This document shows positions 19,501 to 27,500 of a stretch of 64,000 bases of DNA, piece after piece. The notes below the pieces were generated by a model. That model saw only the letters and a program-made list of their open reading frames with translations, made no database searches and was not told where the DNA came from. Numbering within the stretch: the stretch's first letter is position 1; each line of letters begins with the position of its first letter. The stretch is from Bacteroidales bacterium (GTDB lineage Bacteria > Bacteroidota > Bacteroidia > Bacteroidales > WCHB1-69): positions 1,076 to 65,075 of the forward strand of contig JAKSMI010000003.1 in NCBI GenBank assembly GCA_024400635.1, read 5' to 3'. A program made the position numbers and the translations under genes.

Positions 19501-22500
19501 TTGTAATTGACAGGAGTGGTTACGCTTGGTTCAACAGTAGTGTTTTCGTAAGGAGCGGTAGCCACCAGCGTGATACCCTGGTTGGTACACACTTCGCTTT
19601 CTCCCGTAATGGTAATTTCATCCACGGCCTTCGTACCGGAAATGCAAATATTGTCGAGCATAGAATATTCCGTAAAAGCCGACAAACACAAAGCTTCACT
19701 TTTTGCCGCACCATTAAACGTAATTTTAATATACAAATTATCTTGGTTATCAACAGCGTTTGAAAATTCGGAAGACAAGTCCAATTCGAAATGACCATCC
19801 ACTCTCGTACCACTTGTCATCTCAACAGTTTTGGCCTGTCCCAAATTTTGATACGTACCACCATCAGTACTAAACGCAAATTGATATTGAGTGAAACCGT
19901 GGTCATTATCACCCAAATACTCACGTTCTATGCCATAATCCAATTTCAGTTTAATCTGGCTATAATCTTTGGTAGAGGTTTTAATAATGATATTTTTGCC
20001 GTTATTCATGTATTTTGTACAAGAATTATATGTACCATTAATCAAACCCAAGGAGTTTCCTGAAGCGGGAACCAAGCCTGAAGTGCTGGCAAGATTGTCT
20101 GCCGATTTATTATCTCCGTTCCAACCGCTATAGGAAATAGTGGAATTGGGTTTTGAACCTGCCACATCCGCTGAAATTGGAGAGCTCACGTTGGAGAAGG
20201 AAGTCCAGCCGGCAATGAGGGTTTCGTTTTCTTCGTAGCCAAACTGGTTCCATTCCTGAACATAAAGGTCGAGGGTGACAATACTGTCGCATCCGTTCAC
20301 TGATTGCAAATTGACAACATACACACCCGAAGTAGTGAAGGTTTCGCTGTGTCCTTTACTGTCGCTCACGGTATAGCTTGCACCGGCGCAGATTGACTGT
20401 ACATCGGTAACATTATACACAGGATTTACAGTAATTTTTCCATCATAATAATTAGGAGCCGCACACTTGGTTTGTTCATCACGAAGCAAAGCTACGTGGT
20501 AGGTAAATGTTCCCGCTTCAGTTGGCATACCGGTAATAGCGGTTTGACCTGGAACAGATTTGTCGATTGTAACATCCTCAGGCATATAAGGATCGAAGGT
20601 GATTTGAGGTTCGCAATCGCCACCGTGTTTGAACTGAATGTCATCGATGGGCTCGTTTTGGCAAACAGCTTGTACCGTATCACCAGAAGCGTCAACATAT
20701 TGCAAGTGGGCACTATAGGTAATATAAATAGCATCTGGAACACGGGCACTCACACAACCGTTGGCGTACTGAGCCGCATACATCGTGGTATCCAACTCGT
20801 TGGTCATAGAAACCGTTGGGGTCTCGGAAGAAAATTCAGTCGTTGTTGAATTTTCATACCAACGCAAAGAGTATTGTTGATCGGTAGTAGTCGCTTTGAA
20901 TGCGATAAATTTGCCTTCTTCGGGGCAAACCGTAGTATCGAGACGCACGATAGGAACGGGCACTTCAATTACGTGCAAAACAGTATCTAAAGAATAGGCA
21001 TCGCAACCACGATCGTTGCTCACGAAAGTTCTATATTTAAGATTTCCCGTAACGAAGAAATTCGACGCATTGATTACATTATTATGATAGGTATCGTAAG
21101 TGGCTTCATTGGCCGAAATGGTATCCCATTCGGTTTGGTCTCCAACTTTCAATTCCCAAGTATAGGTATAGGTTGCCCCTGGTCCCGAAGCAATACCACC
21201 CGTAATGCTTCCTGCTGTCAATTCAACCGTACCATTAGGACAGGTCTCTTTTGATGAAAGCATAGGTTTTCCCAAAGTAGGATCTGAAACTGCCGTAACT
21301 GAGACCTGTTCAGTAGCGACCTTACACTCTTCTTGATTGAAATAAATCAGTTCCGCACGAATCACATAAGTACCTGCTGCCAACAATACCTGATTCAAAG
21401 TATCGTTCTGACTTGCCAATTGGGCAGATCCACCATTCATAGATACCATCCAACGGTATTCTGTCGGGAAAGCATAACCTCCAGACAAGCTTTCCAATTT
21501 CCAATCATCGCTTGGATCAACTACCACTTGGCCACCCACACAGAATTGATCGTAATTAGCCGTTGGTGCCTCATAAATATCCGGCAATCCTGCAACATGA
21601 ATGATAGCTGAATCCTCACTTACCTTCCAGTCTGAGCAGGCCACCTTGGCATAACGTTTCAATATATACTTGCCATTAAGTTCGCTTATGTCTAAATCGC
21701 TATTGTCAATGCTGTCTTTATTATTGGTGATAAATCGTTCCGTACCACTTTCATCAGTATAAGACCATTGATATTCAATGGTTCCTGCTGGAGTAATGGA
21801 GGCCTTGGTTACATTTTTCACCTTCCAGGCACCATTATGGCAGGTATAAATGGTTGTAGCTTCAATTTTCCCAGGATTGACTTCAGCAACCTCAACAGTA
21901 TAGGTATTTTCGGAAGCGATGGAATCCATAGAACAGCCGTTTACCTTGGCATAACGTTGGTAGGTATGCGTGCCAGAGCACAACACATTGGCATCAATAT
22001 ATAAGTTGTGATCAATGGCGCCAGGAACAAGCTCGCCATTATGAATCCAGAAATAGTCATTGCCGGCTGACAATTCGGAACCAGTGATAGAAACCGGAGC
22101 ACCAGGGACAATCGTAGTGCTGACATTTTCAATATTACCTGCGTTATAGGTTACTTCAACCTTATATTCGCCAGCAGATTTGGGTTCTTCACCACCGATT
22201 TTAACCACACGCTTCACGCTATAGTTACCTGGATTGGCCGTGTATTGGGCAAAAACACCTGATGCCAAGGTAGGCGTTGTAGGAGTAGCATCGTATGAAG
22301 CGATAGGAGTAGAAACACCATTAATATATAAATACCATTTATAAGTAAAGCCCACACCATTGGTAGTGCTTGCCGGAGTTTGATTTTCAACACCGAAATT
22401 GGCGCAAGAGGTTATACTCGTTGTTCCGGAGATAGTACCCATATAAAGCCATTGGGCATAGATGGTATAATTATTTGTTTTTTTGCAGACGCTATCGGTA

Positions 22501-23474
22501 GTAAGATACTTTTGACCTGCCTGGTCGGTAGTCCAACCGAGGAAGAAATAGCCGTCGCGGGTTGGGGTTGGCAGATCGGCTTCTTTATAATTATCATAAT
22601 AAAGAATGGTAAAGTTCTCCGTTGGAGCACCATCGTAATTCAGGTTACGGGTAACTTGCAGGGTGAGGGTTTCGTAAGTGATACGGATAGCACCTTGGGC
22701 ACCGGTACCACCAGATTCTGTACCAATAGACCAACAATTACGGACAGCGCCACTGCCGCCGCCACCATAAAGGTTTCCATCACGACCAGAAGCTGTATTT
22801 GTTGTACTAGGATATCCATCCGCGCCATTTCCTCCCCCATCAGCAGTTCCTACACCGGCAGTATTGGCATTGGCATTTCCGCCAATTCCATTAGAGCCGG
22901 CAGCACCTCCGCCACCACCAGAGATGACAGATCCCCCAATTCCAACCATATTAGGATTAGTCAATGTTGCAGTACCACCAGTGCCTCCATTATGCTTTAT
23001 AATTCCTAAAGTAGCGACACCTCCTCCACCTCCTCCAATAGACCCCTTCCCAGTTTGATTTTTACCAGCCTTACCACCTCCTGCTTCAACTTTAACAGAA
23101 CCATTGAACGAAGCCACACTCGCCCCTCCATCATTTCCAGAGGTTCCACCCTCGCCAACCGCATAAGATAATGAACGAATTGACGATAAAGTAATTAGAT
23201 CGGTATATGCAGCGTATGCACCGCCACCGCCACCAGAACCACCACCATGCTTAGCTGCGGAAGATGTTGCGTTACCGCCGCCGCCACCGCCGCCCCAAGC
23301 TTCAAGCTTGGTGATTTTCCATGCCCCCACAGGCGCGTTCCAAGTTCCTGTACCAACGGTGGTTACCATTGTTGTATCGCTTTTCGTCTTCGGATAGGTT
23401 TGCTGCGCTGTTGCCGTGCCTACCAAGAGGCAGAGGGACAGCGTCAGGATTGAGAAAATAAATCTCTTTTTCAT
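16557..23474 (-). CDS. giant secreted protein (2305 aa): signal peptide, polyglycine-rich N-domain, Listeria-Bacteroides repeat, many Cys-containing Ig-like modules, two jelly-roll-like about 200-aa modules, C-terminal FISUMP domain
   Basis: MKKRFIFSILTLSLCLLVGTATAQ signal. G5-G7 runs across residues about 60-270. LPTPTRDGYFFLGWTT repeat. GCDS..TL.L.V modules. C-terminal CGEDHTVTDIDGNVYGTVRIGFNCWMKENL...YTWN...GVCPEGW.VP...F..L...LPAG...YFWSS...VRCV FISUMP pattern. Confidence 0.85.
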   Translation of the reverse strand: MKKRFIFSILTLSLCLLVGTATAQQTYPKTKSDTTMVTTVGTGTWNAPVGAWKITKLEAWGGGGGGGNATSSAAKHGGGSGGGGGAYAAYTDLITLSSIRSLSYAVGEGGTSGNDGGASVASFNGSVKVEAGGGKAGKNQTGKGSIGGGGGGVATLGIIKHNGGTGGTATLTNPNMVGIGGSVISGGGGGAAGSNGIGGNANANTAGVGTADGGGNGADGYPSTTNTASGRDGNLYGGGGSGAVRNCWSIGTESGGTGAQGAIRITYETLTLQVTRNLNYDGAPTENFTILYYDNYKEADLPTPTRDGYFFLGWTTDQAGQKYLTTDSVCKKTNNYTIYAQWLYMGTISGTTSITSCANFGVENQTPASTTNGVGFTYKWYLYINGVSTPIASYDATPTTPTLASGVFAQYTANPGNYSVKRVVKIGGEEPKSAGEYKVEVTYNAGNIENVSTTIVPGAPVSITGSELSAGNDYFWIHNGELVPGAIDHNLYIDANVLCSGTHTYQRYAKVNGCSMDSIASENTYTVEVAEVNPGKIEATTIYTCHNGAWKVKNVTKASITPAGTIEYQWSYTDESGTERFITNNKDSIDNSDLDISELNGKYILKRYAKVACSDWKVSEDSAIIHVAGLPDIYEAPTANYDQFCVGGQVVVDPSDDWKLESLSGGYAFPTEYRWMVSMNGGSAQLASQNDTLNQVLLAAGTYVIRAELIYFNQEECKVATEQVSVTAVSDPTLGKPMLSSKETCPNGTVELTAGSITGGIASGPGATYTYTWELKVGDQTEWDTISANEATYDTYHNNVINASNFFVTGNLKYRTFVSNDRGCDAYSLDTVLHVIEVPVPIVRLDTTVCPEEGKFIAFKATTTDQQYSLRWYENSTTTEFSSETPTVSMTNELDTTMYAAQYANGCVSARVPDAIYITYSAHLQYVDASGDTVQAVCQNEPIDDIQFKHGGDCEPQITFDPYMPEDVTIDKSVPGQTAITGMPTEAGTFTYHVALLRDEQTKCAAPNYYDGKITVNPVYNVTDVQSICAGASYTVSDSKGHSETFTTSGVYVVNLQSVNGCDSIVTLDLYVQEWNQFGYEENETLIAGWTSFSNVSSPISADVAGSKPNSTISYSGWNGDNKSADNLASTSGLVPASGNSLGLINGTYNSCTKYMNNGKNIIIKTSTKDYSQIKLKLDYGIEREYLGDNDHGFTQYQFAFSTDGGTYQNLGQAKTVEMTSGTRVDGHFELDLSSEFSNAVDNQDNLYIKITFNGAAKSEALCLSAFTEYSMLDNICISGTKAVDEITITGESEVCTNQGITLVATAPYENTTVEPSVTTPVNYNWERIFNGASTPLEGHDYIITDEGNIPEGDFQYVVSVGEGECILSDTLDVVGIRPAYRLDIVRNGYVCSNEVDQVANITFTDECEYVPGMFIVTPSVEELREVGLHECQLSIPSETNPCDSVITLMLDVRKAFDTTVVAYLCLGESYTDFGFNFTPTEEGVEYLISPEDWKCSTGCDSIYRVTVITNSVQQILSSESNVILTAWDMNTGVNNFKPTCGARTVGAKFAVHETSEFDNVTGHAPSADYCYSDGGNNGALRWANLSSSCSGFLVTPTYTYFDGVYFEIKLNPENYNNLKLKFDYKRDNNNGGSAFNNVNYSYKFAEGDSYTNLGSKTIDGTDWSVAEFDLSSIASLEKEGLYLKLEFTGGTPGNTQDCGTLKGSKYIPSYITVDNLMIWADRPALTTLDGSAQTCSDNEICEGEGVTFACQGDDDYLKFYLLNENTSVETAFDGNTELTIYPDTTTTYTIRAVDQITYCDSTWTFDVEVIKQPTITYVRGSLDHGICGDVQIDNEILIENAASYSFTWLTEGNVKPAGVIFNDNGEGTITMGGTLTDVPSARYMVEALSDVRCPAAPLQKTGVITVRRQPKWNITLGADTVCQGTEMQFQIDTNGLNFVLVPEANRVIWSTVDGPIASKTDTSIYTLDYDAIEATHSKMHYLTVNQNGCTTLDSVNIVVYNLEGDDLSCSPATYVMNYGDYFLHADSLITPPVLHNEDTLPQNMIASVLYRRNTTEAWHQPTDSVFVPSVDNPNTTIYWQVTDICGTAHECSQEITLLLPPCGEDHTVTDIDGNVYGTVRIGFNCWMKENLRTTHYADGTDVPDVRAYQGNEAYPDSAQNAQTFGLLYTWNATVNNTVPENAGEMVQGVCPEGWVVPNAAQFEKMLGIDVRTLRTSEYWLVHDGTNTTDFTLLPAGCYNSILDRCENLLGNTYFWSSDLSTDGQVRTFEADCHCYKWIEILNPKTAGLSVRCVQVYEIPEVDPE

Positions 23475-23539
23475 AATTTGATGTTTTAGTTTATATTTTA
23501 TTTTGTCTTTTTCTTCTACGCCTTAATATATGTAATCGG

Positions 23540-23547
23540 CAAAAATA
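23540..23547 (-). promoter_or_regulatory. candidate -7 box (TATTTTTG) of the 2305-aa gene
   Basis: The reverse complement of caaaaata matches TAnnTTTG. The surrounding block gcaaaaata.aa.t.atttctttacaaaat.aaca is conserved upstream of the paralog at 30026-30060. Confidence 0.5.
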
Positions 23548-23659
23548 CAACTAATTTCTTTACAAAATCAACATTTTTTCTAAAAAAAAAACAAATATGC
23601 TTGATTATCAACGTATTAAATATGTTAAAAAAAGTTAAGTATAACTGAGTGGGGAGGAT

Positions 23660-24090
23660 TGTTAAACCACCACCCCGCCCTTCGGGCACGAGTGAGACCT
23701 ACGGTCTCTTTCTCCTTTTCGCTCAACAGAGCCCAAGCAAGCTTGGCTCTGTGTTCGCTCATGCGTCAATTCCTTAAAAGGAGGGGAAGTTTGACCACCC
23801 CGCCCTTCGGTTAGCAGCCTTTCCCGGTCAGCAGCAACCACCCCGCCCTTCGGGCACCCCTCCTTGCAAGCAAGGATGGGAAGTTTGACCACCCCGCCCT
23901 TCGGGCACCCCTCCTTAAAAGGAGGGGAATTAAGCGGCTTCTTGGCTTCCTTCACGTCTGAACCCTTAACTGAACCCTGAAAAGGAGGGGAAGTTTAGAA
24001 CGGTTGCCATTGTGTCGTGTGCTTGCGGTACGGGAAACGGCACCATTTCCCCTCCTTGATAGGAGGGGAGGCACGAAGTGCGGGGTGGTA
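23660..24090. repeat. cluster of GC-rich palindromic repeat units (box ACCACCCCGCCCTTCGGGCAC plus hairpin CCCCTCCTT-loop-AAGGAGGGG)
   Basis: Box copies at about 23668, 23795, 23837 and 23888 (forward) and 24070-24090 (inverted). Hairpins at 23857-23880, 23908-23927 and 24050-24069. Extra palindromes gagacc-tac-ggtctc and cagagcc..ggctctg. Confidence 0.85.
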
Positions 24091-24371
24091 GAATCCTTAA
24101 AAAATTCTATGATATCGACTTTACACGACAATTTGTAATCGGCAATTTTATCGTTGATTTTTATATCCGAAAATTGCAGATTGTCATTGAAATTGACGGT
24201 GGGTCGCATAACGACAAGTTTGATTACGACAAAAAAAGGGAGAATTACCTAACGAATTTGGGACTGAAAGTGTTTCGAACAACAGATTGGGATGTTATGC
24301 ACAATCTTGACATTGTTCTCGGGGATTTGAAGCAATTCATTCTTGACCATTGCGAGAAGGGGGAAGTTTGA
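24078..24371 (+). CDS. DUF559 (Vsr/restriction-endonuclease-like fold) protein, N-terminally truncated, possibly a pseudogene
   Basis: KFYDIDFTRQFVIGNFIVDFYIRKLQIVIEIDGGSHND....R...L...G..V.R matches the DUF559 core. The usual N-terminal roughly 30-aa helix (..LR...T.AE..LW..) is missing. The GTG start lies inside an inverted repeat box, and the stop TGA lies inside a gaagtttgac repeat box. Confidence 0.55.
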   Translation: MRGGRILKKFYDIDFTRQFVIGNFIVDFYIRKLQIVIEIDGGSHNDKFDYDKKRENYLTNLGLKVFRTTDWDVMHNLDIVLGDLKQFILDHCEKGEV

Positions 24372-24433
24372 CTACCCCGGCCTGACGGCAACAATACGGC
24401 TTGAAAAGAAAATTAGCTCTTACATAAACCCAC

Positions 24434-24478
24434 AAAAAAAAGGGCTTCGCACTACCTTTCGCACGAAGCCCTTTTTTT
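24434..24478. terminator. bidirectional intrinsic terminator between the DUF559 gene and the 1810-aa gene
   Basis: A8 run, stem gggcttcg/cgaagccc (24442-24449 / 24464-24471), T7 run. Confidence 0.75.
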
Positions 24479-24519
24479 ATAATCTGTAATCAGAAAAATG
24501 TATGCTGTTTGGAATATGA

Positions 24520-27500
24520 TTAATTATTCACGGGATTTAACACACAGCGAACAGAGTAAACTTCATAATCTATATGGTTGCCATAATTTAAAGTAGCACT
24601 GTTATTTTGAAGATACGGCACTGATTGGCCATCAGTTGTTGTACTCCAAAAATAAGCTTTACTTTCATAACCCTCAGCTTGGGCTCTTATTCGACCACTT
24701 CCTTGTGAAGCACCTCGAGTTATTTTACCAGCTGGATAAGCATTGAAACGAGAAGCATTGTTAGTAGTTCCTTGATTATAACCAACATTACAAGCGCCAG
24801 TAGTAACGTTAGTCCAATCCGAAGTGGAAGCCAAGGCCTTAGCAATATTATTCTCTATATCATTACAACGATAACCAGTTTGGGATTTTACAAATTGAAC
24901 CATCACATTCCATTCTGCGAGAGAAGGCACGTGCCAGCCGTTAGGACATACACCTTGCACTCCACTCGGGTTAGCATTAGTGGCCGGTGCTCCGTTCATA
25001 ACGGCATACCAATTGTACAGATAACCATAGGTTCCAACATCTTCGTTATTCACAGCATTTGGAGCATAACGACCTGGGTTATTATAGTCGTTATTATAAT
25101 AATGGAATTCAATTGCAGTTCCATTAGCGAAGTGTTTTGTACGCAAGTTCTCAGCCATCCAACATTGATTTCCAAGTAACACAGTGTTGTATTGGTTATT
25201 ATCAAAGTCAACCACTTTTTCAGTTCCACAAGCGAACATTGTAGTAAAGCTCATTACGTTGCCATAAACGGTGTCGGTTCCGTTAGCAACAAAGGCCTTG
25301 AAATAATACTGGGTATTTTCAGCAAGACCGTTAAGCGTGCAATTGTAAGAGCCAGTAGCCGCAACAGGAGCAGCAGCATTAACCAATGTTTCTAAAGCAT
25401 CTTCGCTTGTTCCGTATTTGAATCCGGCATGTACAGATGAAAGTTTAGCCAAATCTTTCACATTACCATATAATTTAGCACCTCTCATCATAATGCTGCT
25501 GGCACTGTCGGTAGTAACAGCCATCACAAGTGTCTTGAAAGACTTCACCTCACCATAAACGGTGTCGGTTCCGTTGGCTTCAAAAGCTTTATAATAATAG
25601 GTGGTATTGGCAGTAAGACCGTTAAGCGTGCAGTTGTAAGAGCCGGTAGCCGCAACAGGAGCAGCAGCATTAACCAATGTTTCTAAAGCATCTTCGCTTG
25701 TTCCGTATTTGAATCCGGCATGTACAGATGAAAGTTTAGCCAAATCTTTCACATTACCATATAATTTAGCACCTCTCATCATAATGCTGCTGGCACTGTC
25801 GGTAGTAACAGCCATCACAAGTGTCTTGAAAGACTTCACCTCACCATAAACGGTGTCGGTTCCGTTGGCTTCAAAAGCTTTATAATAATAGGTGGTATTG
25901 GCAGTAAGACCGTTAAGCGTGCAGTTGTAAGAGCCGGTAGCCGCAACAGGAGCAGCAGCATTAACCAATGTTTCTAAAGCATCTTCGCTTGTTCCGTATT
26001 TGAATCCGGCATGTACAGATGAAAGTTTAGCCAAATCTTTCACATTACCATATAATTTAGCACCTCTCATCATAATGCTGCTGGCACTGTCGGTAGTAAC
26101 AGCCATAGTGGCGATGACAAAATGCTTAATATCACCATAAACCGTATCAAGACCGTAAGCTTCAAAAGCTTTATATGAATACTTAACACCAACTGAAAGA
26201 CCGCTAAGGTCGCAGGTGAAAGCACCTGGCGCATTCATAGCTTCATTCTTTACAATGATAGAATTCATTTCGGCATCACTAACACCATATTTGAAACCAA
26301 CATTGACGGAAGACACACCGCTCATATCAAGAACAGTACCGTATAAGGTTGCGTTGGTTTCGTCAACAAACGCAGTATCAGTCTTAACCGACAATGAAAC
26401 CGGCGAAACTTCTTCAGCTTGAATACAACGAACGCTGAAAGCATTTGTTTTTGAGGCGTGGATTTCCTGCCATTGGTAGCAGTGGCAATCGGCTTCAAAA
26501 GTTCTTGCCTCGGTTTCACTGTAGGAATCTGAAGTCCAGAAGTAGGCATTACCCAGGAGGTTTTCATAACGGTTATGAACATGATTGTAGCAACCGCCAG
26601 GAAGCATAGAGAAGTCTGTCGTATTCGTACCATCGAGAGTTAACCAATAGTCTTGAGTTCTCATAGATTTAACATCAATAGAAATCATTTTTTCGAATTG
26701 GGCCGCATTTGGCAAATACCAACCATCGGGGCAAATACCCTGAATCAGTTCGTCTGAACCAGAAGAAATTGTATTTTTAACCGCATCGTTCCAAGTGTAT
26801 AACAAACCAAAGGTTTGGGCATTCTGTGCAGAATCTGGATATGCCTCATTGCCTTGGTATGCTCTTACATCAGGAACATCAGTACCATCGGCATAACGTG
26901 TGGTCTTCAAGTTTTCTTTCATCCAGCAGTTGAAACCGACACGAACGGTCTGATATTCATTACCGTCAATATCGACTACAGTATGACCTTCGCCGCAATT
27001 AGGCAATTCGCAGGTAACTTCCTGATCTTTTTCGTGAATAAAACCGCATTTGTCTTTGATTTTCCAATGAACAGTGACTTTCATTGTAGCAGGATCAGGA
27101 TAGATCTTTGCCGCAGGTGAAAGGACAGTATCAATCCAATCCGTTCTTTTCACGCCCCTGTGCCACAAGGCAGGAACAGGCAAACTATCTCTATAAATGA
27201 AATTTTCACCATAATTGTAAGTAACATTAATAGCCGGTGCAGCCAGGGTGTCATTTTCCATATCCATAAAATAAACCTTTACAGAACCTTTTGACGCAAC
27301 GGAATCCATTTCGCAATTGGTCAACTTGGCATATCTGCGAATAATGTAGGTATCGTCATCTTGAACATCACTACAGATGCCCGCTAATTGCTCTTTTGAC
27401 AAACCTTCGCTGGCGTATTCAGATTTTACAAATGCGGCGCCATTCTTGCTATACATCCAAATATACTCGAAATTCTGAGCCACGGCAGGTTCAATACTGA

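Noticed and set aside
23662-23955. Minus-strand ORF of 97 aa with repeated PPFKEGCPKGGVV peptide, and the neighbouring ORF 23952-24209
   Set aside because: The peptide repeats are the translation of GC-rich palindromic DNA repeats. There is no plausible start context, and the frame simply stays open because the repeat lacks stop codons.
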